Shown in pieces: positions 1 through 9,676 of a stretch of DNA of 64,000 bases (the stretch's first letter is position 1; the number at the start of each line of letters is the position of its first letter). The stretch is from an uncultured Planctomycetota bacterium (GTDB lineage: Bacteria; Planctomycetota; Planctomycetia; Isosphaerales; Isosphaeraceae), in NCBI GenBank assembly GCA_963737655.1, contig CAVTTN010000002.1, positions 6,336,001 to 6,400,000 of the forward strand, in the 5' to 3' direction. A program made the translations under genes and the position numbers. A model generated the notes under the pieces. That model was not told the DNA's origin, searched no databases, and saw nothing but the letters and a program-made list of their open reading frames with translations.

Positions 1-1913
1 TCATGCCATCGTTTGTTGTACCAGAAGATCGAGCCGTCGGGCCGGGCCATCCACGCCAGTTGCGGGATCGAGTCGGCCATCACGCTGAACCGTTCCTCGC
101 TCTCCCGGCGGGCCTCCTCGGCCCTCTTCTGGGCGGTGATGTCGTCGTGGACGCCGATCCACTCGCGGATCGAGCCGTCCTCGGCCATCACCGGGACGGC
201 CCTGGCGCTCATGATCCGGTACTGGCCGTCCCGGCGGCGGAGCCGGTGCTCGGTCGAGTAGGTCTCGCCGCCGGCGAGCGAGTCGGCCCAGGCGGCCAGG
301 GTGGCGTCGCGGTCGTCGGGGTGGACCGCCTCGATCCAGCCCAGCCCTCGCGACTGCCCGGCGGTCTGGCCGGTGAACGCCTCCCACGCCTCCTGCTCCT
401 CGACGAACTCGCCCGAGGCCGACGTGGACCAGACGATCGCCGCCGTCGCCTCGATCAGCGATCGGAACCTCTCCTCGCTCCTCGCCAGGTTCGCCTCCGC
501 CCGTTTCCTCTCGGTGATGTCGGTCTGGACGCCCACGAAATGGGCCACCCGGCCCGTCGCGTCCTCCACGGGCGAGATCGTCAGCGAGTTCCAGAACGGC
601 GAGCCGTCCTTCCGGTAGTTCAGCAGCTCGACCTCGCACGAGCCCTTCGTGCGGATCGCTTCGCGGATCGTCGCGATCGCCCCGGGATCGGTCCCCGGGC
701 CCTGGAGGAACCGGCAATTCCGGCCGAGGATCTCGTCGTGAGAGTACCCCGTGATCTTCTCGAACGCGGGGTTGGCGTAGATGATCCGGTCGTCCGGGCC
801 GAGGGCGTCGACGAGGATCAGGCCCTGGGAGATCGCGTCGATGGCGCGGTCGCGGAGGTGCATCCCTTCCTCCGCCCGCCTCCTCCGGGAGATGTCCACG
901 AAGCTGATCACCGCGCCCACCCGGCGGCCGTCGTCGCGGATCGGGAACGAGCGGTACTCGACGGGGAAGCTCGAGCCGTCGGCCTTCCAGAACACCTCGT
1001 CATCCACCTGGGCCGAAACCCCGACCTGCGACGCCCGGTAGATCCGGCACTGCTCGACCGGCAGGGGCGAGCCGTCGGGCCGGGTGTGGTGGATCAACGA
1101 ATGCATGTCCCGGCCGATCAGGGCCGACGGGTCCTCGTAGCCCAGGAGCCGGGCGCAGGCCGGGTTGCTGAACGTGCAATGCCCCTCGGTGTCGATCCCA
1201 TAAATCCCCTCGCCGGTCGAATCCAGGAGCAGGCGGACCCGCGACTCGCTCTCGCGGATCGCGGCCTCGTCTCGGCGGCGGCGGCGGCTGTCGCGATTCA
1301 GGAGCATGTACACCGACCCGAGCAGGAGCAGGCCCAGGGCGGTGGCCGCGACGAACGCGACCGTCGTGCCCCGGAGGCTCGACCGCGACTCAAACCGCCT
1401 GGCCACGAGCAGGGCGTGCTCCTCCGTCGCGATCTCGTTGAGCCGCCCGAGAGGCCCGTCGATCGAGGTCTCGGTCGATCCGGCGATCAATCGGGGGAGG
1501 ACCGCGTTGAGGCCGCCCTCCTTCCTCGCCTCGATCATGGCGCGGATCGCCGCGAGCTTCACGTCGAGTTCGTTCCGAAGCGCCGCGATCCGAGCCTGCT
1601 GGCGCTCATTGTCCTCGGTCATCCTCGCGAGCCGGTCGAGCCGGTCCCGGGCGTCGTCGGCCGACCCGGCGAACCTCGCCCGCTTCGCCTCGTCGCCGGT
1701 GAGGAGGTAATCGCGCTGGCTGGTCCGGGCGTCGCGGAGGGCCGTGCCGGTCGATTCGACGACGGCGAGGACGTCCAGCGTATGGACGACCCACGCCTCG
1801 TTGCCGACGAGGCGGCGGATGTTCGAGTACGTGACCATCGCGTTGAGGACCAGGGCCACGAAGGCCAGGCCGAAGCCCAGGGCGAGGGTCCGTTCGGTCG
1901 TTCGGGCGCTGAT
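1..1913 (-). CDS. Membrane sensor TM-CHASE3-TM-PAS-LOV-PAS-PAS..., probably a histidine kinase; runs off the left edge, start unresolved
   Basis: Manually translated minus frame, absent from the ORF track and open from ~1970 to <1. Contains TM LALGFGLAFVALVLNAMV, CHASE3-like WVVHTLDVL...QRDYLLTGDE, a second TM, PAS STGEGIYGID, LOV GRNCRFLQG and PAS WIEAVHPDD. No good start codon before the first TM. Confidence 0.85.
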   Translation of the reverse strand, partial: MSARTTERTLALGFGLAFVALVLNAMVTYSNIRRLVGNEAWVVHTLDVLAVVESTGTALRDARTSQRDYLLTGDEAKRARFAGSADDARDRLDRLARMTEDNERQQARIAALRNELDVKLAAIRAMIEARKEGGLNAVLPRLIAGSTETSIDGPLGRLNEIATEEHALLVARRFESRSSLRGTTVAFVAATALGLLLLGSVYMLLNRDSRRRRRDEAAIRESESRVRLLLDSTGEGIYGIDTEGHCTFSNPACARLLGYEDPSALIGRDMHSLIHHTRPDGSPLPVEQCRIYRASQVGVSAQVDDEVFWKADGSSFPVEYRSFPIRDDGRRVGAVISFVDISRRRRAEEGMHLRDRAIDAISQGLILVDALGPDDRIIYANPAFEKITGYSHDEILGRNCRFLQGPGTDPGAIATIREAIRTKGSCEVELLNYRKDGSPFWNSLTISPVEDATGRVAHFVGVQTDITERKRAEANLARSEERFRSLIEATAAIVWSTSASGEFVEEQEAWEAFTGQTAGQSRGLGWIEAVHPDDRDATLAAWADSLAGGETYSTEHRLRRRDGQYRIMSARAVPVMAEDGSIREWIGVHDDITAQKRAEEARRESEERFSVMADSIPQLAWMARPDGSIFWYNKRWH

Positions 1914-3172
1914 CTCAGGGGGGCCCTCGAAGCGGCGTCGGCCGAGAGCTCGACGGCGAGTAAGGAGATGTCATCGCTCGGCCCGGCCTCGCCGCACCAG
2001 CGTTCCAGGGCGGCCTGGAGGTCGTCCAGGAGCGAGCCCAGGGGCCGACCCCGGCCGTCCTCGAAGAAGCCGGCCAGCCTCGTCTCGCCGAACGCCTCGC
2101 CGTCGGGCGCCGAGGCGTCCGGCACGCCGTCGGAGAACAGGAACAGGCGGTCGCCGGGGCGGAGGGTCACCGAATGCGACCGATACGGCAATTCCATCAC
2201 GCCGATGGGATAGCTCCGGCCCAGGATCGCCCGGGGCGGGCCCTCCCCCGGCACCAGCAACGGCGCCGGGTGGCCGGCCGAGACGAACCGGAACTCGCCC
2301 GAGGGGACGTCCAGGACGCCGAACGCCAGGGTGAAGAACTGCTCGGTGTCCAGGTCGAACCGGAACCGCCGGTTCAGCTCGTCGGCCACGGCCTCGGGGG
2401 CCGGGAACCCCGAGTCGGAGGCCGAGAGGATCGACGCCGGGTCCGGCGGGGGCGCCAGGGCCCGGGCCACGGAGACCGACAGCAACGCCGAGGCCACCCC
2501 ATGACCGCTGACATCCAGCACATACATCACGACCCGCCGATCGTCGATCGCGAACGCGTTCAGGCCGTCGCCGGCGAGCTCCTCGCACGGCCGGAACACC
2601 CAGGCGAACGACGCGCCGGAGACCTCCGGCGGCCTCCTCGGCAGGAACCCCGCCTGGACCTTCGCCGCCGCCTTCAGGTCGCGGCCGATCCGGGCGTTGA
2701 CCGCCTCCAGCCGCCGGTTCTTCTCCTCCAGCCCCCGTTCCAGCCTCATCACCTCGTCCATCGCCCTCTTCAACGAGAGCTGGGTCCGGACCCGGGCCAG
2801 GACGACGGGGAAATCCAGGGGCTTGGTCACGTAATCATTCGCGCCGAGGTCCAGGGCGCGGACGATGTCCGAACTCTGGTCGCGGGCCGTGGCCATGATG
2901 ACCGGCAGGGCGCTGGGGGAGTGGTCGCGGCGGAGGATTTCCAGGACGTCCAGCCCGTTGAACGCCCCGGGCATCATCACGTCGAGCAGGACGACGTCGA
3001 ACGCCGCCTCGCCGATCCTCCGCAGCGCCTGCTCGCCGTCGGCCACGGCCTCGACGACGAACCCCTTGCGCTCCAGCCTCCGGGAGAGCATGTCCCGGTT
3101 CATCTCGTCGTCGTCGACGACCAGCAGAGACCCCGGGGACGCGGGGTCAATCTCGGCGGAAATCGGCGGCAT
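1619..3172 (-). CDS. Receiver domain + SpoIIE/RsbU-type PP2C phosphatase (recognisable domain ends ~1925)
   Basis: VVDDD, LLDVMMP, ANDYVTKP (REC); LAGDG, LDVSGHG, SAGHP, LFSDG, DDISLL (PP2C). The tail after ~1920 overlaps the next gene out of frame. Confidence 0.9.
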   Translation of the reverse strand: MPPISAEIDPASPGSLLVVDDDEMNRDMLSRRLERKGFVVEAVADGEQALRRIGEAAFDVVLLDVMMPGAFNGLDVLEILRRDHSPSALPVIMATARDQSSDIVRALDLGANDYVTKPLDFPVVLARVRTQLSLKRAMDEVMRLERGLEEKNRRLEAVNARIGRDLKAAAKVQAGFLPRRPPEVSGASFAWVFRPCEELAGDGLNAFAIDDRRVVMYVLDVSGHGVASALLSVSVARALAPPPDPASILSASDSGFPAPEAVADELNRRFRFDLDTEQFFTLAFGVLDVPSGEFRFVSAGHPAPLLVPGEGPPRAILGRSYPIGVMELPYRSHSVTLRPGDRLFLFSDGVPDASAPDGEAFGETRLAGFFEDGRGRPLGSLLDDLQAALERWCGEAGPSDDISLLAVELSADAASRAPLRSAPERPNGPSPWASAWPSWPWSSTRWSRTRTSAASSATRRGSSIRWTSSPSSNRPARPSATPGPASAITSSPATRRSGRGSPGRPTTPGTGSTGSRG

Positions 3173-3348
3173 CGAGGGGAGTCCTTCTCCGCCCGCGGCG
3201 ACAAGGCGGGCCTCCTCCCAAGGCGGGCCCCGGCGGCTCGCGAACCCTCGCGGCGCACCCGGACCACCAGCCCCCCTCGGGTCTCAGGGCGGGAAACTCC
3301 CGCAACCGCCATGCCAAAGCCCGCAGGGCGGGGGACCCGCCGCGGCCC

Positions 3349-4326
3349 CTATCCCAGGATCTCATCGACCGGCAGCCGAGGACTCCGGGCCGACTCCCCC
3401 GAGATCCCCAATCGGAACAGGTTCACGTGCGACCATCCCTCGGGCACGCCAAACCGCGCGAGGACCGCCGGCCGGGTCCCCGGCTGGTCGACGGCCGCGC
3501 TGATCGGATGCGTCGCGAGCCCGCGAGAGGCCGCCGTGAGCCACGCTCGTTGCAGGGACCGCCCCGCCTCGATCCGCCTCGCCGCGCTGTCTCCATCGAC
3601 GATCAAGAGCGCAAGGGCCGGTGCCTCGGGGGCATTCTTCGCCAGGTCCCCCCCGAGGAACCGGGCCAACGGCGACCCGCCGAGCCTCAAGGCCCTCGGC
3701 GAGAGCAGGACCCTCAGCACCGCCGCCTCCGCCCGCGACCATCCCAGGCACGCCGCGTTCAGGCCGTCGCGGAACCATCGCCGGTCTCGTCGCGAGAACC
3801 GGACCCACTCGTAGAGTTCCGCCGAGACCGCCCGCTCCCGCAGTTGCTCGACGGTCGCCTCGGCCACCAGCCGGCGGACCGCCATCACGTCGTCGGGCCG
3901 CTCCAGGATCGCGAGCGAGCAAGGAGGGGCCACCGCCGCCGAGATCGCCGCGAGGTCGTCGGCCCCGATCGGCTCGCGACCATACGGCAGCCGGGAGGTC
4001 CGCCGGATCGGGATCATCCGGTACAGCGACGGGTCGGGCCTCGGCCCCTCCGATGGCGTCCAGCGGACGACCACTCCGCCTCGCAGATCCACCTCGTACC
4101 TCGCGACGAAGCCGAGATGCCCGAGCGTCAGCGACACGTTTTCGAGGCAGGCGCCCAGGGCATGGAGCGTCTCGACGCCCTCGGGGTCGATCGCCGGGAG
4201 CGAGCGATCCGCCCTCGGCGCGATCTCCAGGGAATCGCCGAGCCACCGCAACGCCCACGGCTGGGTGTTGTGGGCCGACGGGGCGCGGCTCGCGGCGTCG
4301 AGGAGGTGGCTCAGCAGGGAATCCAT
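3349..4326 (-). CDS. Acg-like FMN-binding nitroreductase family protein
   Basis: ASRAPSAHNTQPW, IPIRRTSRLPY, AGRSLQRAWLTA, LFRLG motifs; ATG at 4326, just after the upstream stop. Confidence 0.85.
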   Translation of the reverse strand: MDSLLSHLLDAASRAPSAHNTQPWALRWLGDSLEIAPRADRSLPAIDPEGVETLHALGACLENVSLTLGHLGFVARYEVDLRGGVVVRWTPSEGPRPDPSLYRMIPIRRTSRLPYGREPIGADDLAAISAAVAPPCSLAILERPDDVMAVRRLVAEATVEQLRERAVSAELYEWVRFSRRDRRWFRDGLNAACLGWSRAEAAVLRVLLSPRALRLGGSPLARFLGGDLAKNAPEAPALALLIVDGDSAARRIEAGRSLQRAWLTAASRGLATHPISAAVDQPGTRPAVLARFGVPEGWSHVNLFRLGISGESARSPRLPVDEILG

Positions 4327-4328
4327 GA

Positions 4329-5443
4329 TCAGATCGGCCTCTCGAACATCGCGAGCTCGTGAAGCGGGGCCATCCCCAGGGCGAGCGCCTCGGCCCGGCT
4401 CGCGGCGTTCTCCGAGGCCACCCAGGTGATCGCCAGGCTCGAATAGCCGCCCTCCTTCATCGCCCGGACCAGCGACGCGTTCAACGCCCGGCTGACCCCG
4501 AGGCCCTGATACGCCTTGCGGACGGCGAACAGGATCACCACCGCCGCCTCCGTCGGCGGCCTCCTCAACAGCCGGAACGCCGCCGGGTGGAGCATCCGGC
4601 CGCCCATGTCCCGGAGGATTCGGTTGAAATCGGGCGCCGCGAACGTCACGCCCACCGGGACCCCGCCGACCTCCGCCAGCAGCACGAGCGCCGGGTCGAG
4701 CATCGCGGCGATCGGCCCGACCTGGAACCGCCACTCCTCCCGGGTGATCGGCACGAACCCCCAATTGCCCAGGAACGCCGAGTTCACCAGCTCGCGGACG
4801 TGTTCCAGGTCCTCGTCCCGCCGATTCCCTCGGATCGGCCGGATCATCATGCCTAATTTTTTTTGGGTCTTGGCATGTTCGGGCGAGAGCATCCCATTCG
4901 GATCAAGCGCACTCGTATCCTCATTCCGCCATGTGGTCATCTCTAAACATCGGCGGAATCCGGCGCCCTCCAGGAGGCGCGGGTAATGCTCCGGGGTGAA
5001 CACCATGTCCGCGGCCGGGCGCGATCGAACCCGCGGACCACGATCCCCATCTCCTGGGCGGCCGTCATCTGGAACGGCCCGCGGAGCGTGGTCGCCCCGC
5101 ACCCCCGGGCGAATTCCGCCGCCGAATCGAGGAGGATCCCCGCCGTCTTCGCGTCGTCCTCGCACTCGAAGAAGCCGAAATAGCCGGCCTTCTCGCCGTG
5201 GACGCGCCCGTGACGGTCCCACACGTGGGCCAGAATCCGCCCCACCGCCCGACCGTCTCGCTCCACGAGGAACGCCCGCCCTCGGCCGTCGCGATAGAAC
5301 GGATTCCGGCCGCGATCGAGATAGTCCAGGACCGTCGAATCCAGGGGGCGGACCCACGGCGAATCGGCCGGGTACAACGCCCGGGCCAGCCGGACGAACC
5401 GGCGGCGGTCGGCCTTCGATTCCACCTCGACGATGCGATGCAT
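4329..5443 (-). CDS. YghO/bacterial ceramide synthase-like GNAT N-acyltransferase (frameshift ~5018)
   Basis: LYPADSPWVRPL, NPFY, GRILAH, GYFGFFEC, LRGPF, then after the frameshift TPEHYPRLLEGAGF, NWGFVP, YQGLGV, WVASEN. One extra base in G3 at 5017-5019 joins the frames. Confidence 0.8.
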
Positions 5444-5463
5444 GAATGTTCGAGCGTCCAACC

Positions 5464-6993
5464 TCAGAGGGTCTTGAGATATTCGAGCAACGATTTCTTG
5501 TCGGCCTCGGGCAGCTCGGAGCCGAACTCGTGCCCCGCGTTCCTGTTGCCCGGGGCGGACGTGTCGAACGGGAATTGCCGGGGCGAGGCCCTCTTGCCGG
5601 CTCGCGGGACGACGGTCCCGGGCGCGATCCCCTTGCCGGTGCTGGGGTTGTCGGGCCCGGGCCTCGCCTCCTCCTCGTAGAGCAATCCCACGCGGTCGAG
5701 GTCGTACCCCGTGTCGCCCCCGACGAAGAATTTCGCCGGCCTCTCCTCGGCCGGGCGGAGGAGGTCGGCGAGCGTCGGCACCGAGCCGTTGTGGAGGTAC
5801 GGGCCCCGGCACCACAGCCCCGAGAGCACCGGGGGAACATATCCCGACGTCTTCTCCAGCCTCACGAACTTCGCGAAATCCCCCCGCGATCGCACCTCGA
5901 CCAGCGCATCGGTCACGGATCGGACGCGGTCCGGATCGGTGCCAATCACGTCGAGCGCGACGACCTTCTCCTTGTACTTCACCGAGCCGTCGGCCCCGTA
6001 GGAGCCGTGGCACCGCCCGCAATTCTCCGTGAAAATCGCCTTGCCGCGCGCCGCCTCCGTCGCGTCGACCGGCCGGGGGTAGGCGGGGGCGCGGAGCGTC
6101 TTCAAGTACTCGTGAACGGATCGCCACCTGGGTTCGCGACGAAGGATGTCCCTGGCCGGCATGTGCTTGTTGAATTCGACGGCCGCCAGCGCGATGGCCA
6201 TGTCGCCGGTCAGCGAGCCATCGACGCCGAAGGTGGCGCGATGCGGGTGGGTCCAGACCGCCGGGAGCTTCACCAGCCCATACGGAGGGCCGATCGGCAC
6301 GCCCGAGACCTCCTTGGCGAACTCGATCGGCGTATTGCGGCCCGGACCGGCATCCACGTTCGAGAGGCCGCCCCAGGCGTCGGCCGTCGGCTTGCCCGCC
6401 ATCGCCTTGAGCGAACGAATCGCCTCGCCGGTCACGAATTCGGCCCGTTTTCCCCAGGGGATCGCGTGGTCCTTCGCCACTTTCCGGCATGTTTCCATCA
6501 TCGAATCCGCGTTGAAATCCGAACGTGCCGCGATCCTCATCACGGCATGATTCATCGCGTTCAATCGGAGGTTCCGGTTCCCCAGGCCCGGCACCGGCTT
6601 GCCGTCGACGACGCCCGTGTGGCACAGCGAGCAGTTGGTCATGAGGAAATCGGTGCCCGAGAGCCGGTCGTGATGCCGGACGAACCCGACGGGCAAACCC
6701 TCCGGGTCGGCGGGATCGACGAGGGTGCCGAACTTCTCGCAGAAGGCCGGGCGGTCTCGCCCGAGCTCCTCCGGATAGCGGTCCATCGCCGCCAGGGCGA
6801 GGGCGTAGGGCAGCCCGGTCTGGTACGGCGAGCCGAAGTCGCGATGGCGGAAGTACGCCCGGCCCGACTCGGCCGACACGGGCAGGTCGGGCTCCTCGGC
6901 CGTCAGCCAGGAATAGACGCCGAACCCCGCCCCGCCGATCGCCAGCAACGCCACGCCCACGCCCAGGGCGATCCGCTTGACCTTCCGGCTCAT
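5464..6993 (-). CDS. Membrane-anchored/exported di-heme c-type cytochrome, RoxA-like
   Basis: N-terminal hydrophobic helix; two CxxCH (CSLCH, CGRCH); IGTDPDR, PYLHNGSVPTL and GNRNAGHEFG motifs; ATGA overlap with the upstream gene. Confidence 0.85.
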   Translation of the reverse strand: MSRKVKRIALGVGVALLAIGGAGFGVYSWLTAEEPDLPVSAESGRAYFRHRDFGSPYQTGLPYALALAAMDRYPEELGRDRPAFCEKFGTLVDPADPEGLPVGFVRHHDRLSGTDFLMTNCSLCHTGVVDGKPVPGLGNRNLRLNAMNHAVMRIAARSDFNADSMMETCRKVAKDHAIPWGKRAEFVTGEAIRSLKAMAGKPTADAWGGLSNVDAGPGRNTPIEFAKEVSGVPIGPPYGLVKLPAVWTHPHRATFGVDGSLTGDMAIALAAVEFNKHMPARDILRREPRWRSVHEYLKTLRAPAYPRPVDATEAARGKAIFTENCGRCHGSYGADGSVKYKEKVVALDVIGTDPDRVRSVTDALVEVRSRGDFAKFVRLEKTSGYVPPVLSGLWCRGPYLHNGSVPTLADLLRPAEERPAKFFVGGDTGYDLDRVGLLYEEEARPGPDNPSTGKGIAPGTVVPRAGKRASPRQFPFDTSAPGNRNAGHEFGSELPEADKKSLLEYLKTL

Positions 6994-8516
6994 CGCGCGG
7001 CCTCCGTCGGGGAGATTGCGGGCATGGAATCGTGCGAAGAGATGTATTGATGCTTGATCCGCTCGCCGGCGAACGGCCCCTGCCGGTGCCCGTGGACCCG
7101 GAATTCGAACTTCAGGGCGTCGGCATACTCGGTCTTCGCGTTGCGGAAGTCGGAATTGAGAGATTCCAGGGCCCGGCCGATCGATTCGGCGATCGCCGCC
7201 TCGTCCAGGGAAGGCGGGTCGCCATCGCCCCACTCCACGTCCAGCCTCGGCCGGACGTTCCCCTCGCCGTCCCCCGCCACGCGGACCTGGAACGACGCCA
7301 TCCCGGCCGAGACCTCGGGGATCGCGTAGAGGACGCGCTCCAGGTCCGCCGTATAGATATTCGCACCCATGATGCTGATCGTCGCGTCCTTCCGGCCGAA
7401 GAGGATCAGGTACGGGAACGGCAGGGCGTCCTCGGGAGGGGACGCCACCTCCTCGCCGATCGCCCGGAGGGCCTTCGTCACGGCCGCCCTCGTCATCAGC
7501 TTCGCCTCGTCGCCGATGTTGTAGCGGACCCTCGGCGAGAGCACCCGCGAATACGTGAGCGTGACGATCAATTCTTCATTATCATTGGTTTCCATGTAAT
7601 GAGTCATGGGATTGTACTGGAAGACCATCGGCACGCGATGGTCGCCGCCGATCAAGGCGTCGCGGGCGTCGGCGCGGTCGTGCAGGAGCGATCGGACGCG
7701 GACCGTCTCGGCCGTCTCGACGGCGATCCCCATCGCCAGGTCCGAGGCGCCGTAGCCGCTGAAGCAGGTGCGGAAGTCGCGGAGGAGGTAGCGGCGGAGG
7801 TCCTCGCCCATCCCCTCGCCGCCCACCAGCGCGTGCATCTCGTAGTCTTTCAGGGGGAAGCCCTTGCGGCGGAGGGTGTCGGCCAGGAGCTTCAGGAACG
7901 GCGGGTAGCCGCAGACGAAATAGCCCGGCCCGGGCCCGAAGAATTCGAGGGTGTGGCAAATCTTGTCGATGTCGGGCCCCGTGGATTTGACCACGCCGTG
8001 GAGCTCCAGCGCCTCGCCGACGTTCACGCCGGTGGCCCAGGCGCCCATGCTGAAGGCGTTGATGGCGATCCTCGGCGCCTCGCCGTAGGTCCACCCCAGC
8101 ATCCGGGCCATCTCCAGGCGCATCCGGCACCGCTCGCGATGGCCGCGGACCCAGTTGTACGGCCTCCCCGTCGAGCCCGACGACTCGTCGATCGCCACGC
8201 CCGCCGCCACGAATCCCCCGCCGGCGCAGCGGGCCTCGGTCGGGAAGGCGCGAATATAACTGTCCTTGGACATGACGGGCACCCGATCGAACGGGACGTC
8301 CGGCCGATCGAGCCCGTGACGGGCGAGGAACTCGCGATACGCGGGGACGCACCGCCACGCCCGCCACGCGGCGAGGGTCGCGCGGTCCTTGCCTTCCCGG
8401 GCCGCCCAACCCTCGTCGAGCTCTCGCAACGATCGGCGAAACAGCGAGGGACGGCGGAGGATCCGCTCCTCGACCGCCTCCTTGCCGCGCAGGAAGGCTT
8501 CCCGGAGACCCAGCAT
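6990..8516 (-). CDS. Phenylacetate-CoA ligase (PaaK)-like adenylate-forming enzyme
   Basis: VPAYREFL, ESSGSTGRP P-loop, GYPPFLK, GGEG, YGASD, RYNIGD, GRKD...GANIY; GGAGG precedes the ATG. Confidence 0.85.
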   Translation of the reverse strand: MLGLREAFLRGKEAVEERILRRPSLFRRSLRELDEGWAAREGKDRATLAAWRAWRCVPAYREFLARHGLDRPDVPFDRVPVMSKDSYIRAFPTEARCAGGGFVAAGVAIDESSGSTGRPYNWVRGHRERCRMRLEMARMLGWTYGEAPRIAINAFSMGAWATGVNVGEALELHGVVKSTGPDIDKICHTLEFFGPGPGYFVCGYPPFLKLLADTLRRKGFPLKDYEMHALVGGEGMGEDLRRYLLRDFRTCFSGYGASDLAMGIAVETAETVRVRSLLHDRADARDALIGGDHRVPMVFQYNPMTHYMETNDNEELIVTLTYSRVLSPRVRYNIGDEAKLMTRAAVTKALRAIGEEVASPPEDALPFPYLILFGRKDATISIMGANIYTADLERVLYAIPEVSAGMASFQVRVAGDGEGNVRPRLDVEWGDGDPPSLDEAAIAESIGRALESLNSDFRNAKTEYADALKFEFRVHGHRQGPFAGERIKHQYISSHDSMPAISPTEAAR

Positions 8517-8797
8517 CGACGCCTCCCCGTGGCTCGGGAGCCGGGATCTCCTCATCGGGACGGGAAGCCGCCCGGGGATCGCCCGCGAATCCCGCCGGGC
8601 CCATTCTCGGGCCGCCCGGCCGCCTCCGCAACGGCCGGGCGGGAGGCCGCCCCGTTTCGAATTCGCCACGCGACCCCGCCCGCCTCGCCCGCGACCTAGG
8701 CTACCCATCGAGGGAGAGCGAGGCCACACCCCCGGACCCCTCGATTCGGGCATTCGGGACTCCGGGGATCGGGCCGGGATCGAAGGCGAGGACCGTC

Positions 8798-9178
8798 ATG
8801 AGGATCGCCCTGTTCGGCCGCCCGGCACGGCCCGCGTCGCCGCCGGAACGGCCCGTCAACCGCCGCGTCGAGACCCGTTACGACGCCCGCCGAGACCGGG
8901 TCCGGCTCGTCTGGCTCCCGGATCGCGGCCCCCTCCGCGAGGTCCGCGGCTTCCTGCTCAACGTGAGCCTCGTCGGCGCCGCCGTGGCCGTCTATGAAGA
9001 TGTGCCCAGGGACCGATCCGTCTGGCTGAGCCTCGACGACGACCCCGACGACCCGATCGAGGCCACCGTCATGGCCCTCGAACGCGGGACATCCGGCCAC
9101 CACACCGCCCGCCTCGCCTTCGACTCCCCCGGCTCGCCCCGGTTCCTCGCCCGGACCACCGGCGTCGTCCTGACCTGA
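8798..9178 (+). CDS. PilZ-domain protein (c-di-GMP receptor candidate)
   Basis: RRVETR (RxxxR) followed by NVSLVG (D/NxSxxG); 126 aa. Confidence 0.7.
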   Translation: MRIALFGRPARPASPPERPVNRRVETRYDARRDRVRLVWLPDRGPLREVRGFLLNVSLVGAAVAVYEDVPRDRSVWLSLDDDPDDPIEATVMALERGTSGHHTARLAFDSPGSPRFLARTTGVVLT

Positions 9179-9676
9179 TCGCGCAATTCCTTGCGCAATC
9201 GGTCGCGATTCCTGGTATGAATTCATGGGAAAATCTGGAATCCGCCGGCCCGATGGGCGGCGAACCCGGCAGGATTTGCAGAAATCTTGCCGCGATTCTC
9301 GAATCGTCGTTTGCTAATTCGGCCGTTACGAAACGAGGAACTTGACTACACTTCGGCACCCGAAACGCGCACAAACGCTGGAAAACAAGCGGAATCCGGG
9401 CGCGCAGTCACTCGTACCAGGGCTGGCATTCGGATTTGTGGGGGATTTTGCTCAAGGGTCGTAACCAGCAATCAGGCCAATGGATCGGGCGGGCGAAAAT
9501 GAAGGCGTTCGGCGTCGAAAACGGCGTCGGGCGCGGCCGTTTCGGGCCCCGCGCCGGCCGCCCGAGTGCCACCGCGATGTCACGGGCCGGCGGCGTCTCG
9601 ATCGGATTCGGTGATCGCCCGGCGGGCGGCCCGCGATAGTCCGGGTAGAGACAACGCTCGGACGGGTCCCGGCCGG

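Noticed and set aside
3..2213. Long opposite-strand ORFs (also 11254-13959, 19360-22839, 32629-35694, 37881-40961, 40897-43911 and many Arg/Pro/Gly-rich ORFs)
   Set aside because: Shadow frames of real genes in high-GC DNA, with no recognisable motifs.
5464..8516. Assigning roxA or paaK
   Set aside because: Family-level motifs only; there is no paa or rubber-degradation context.
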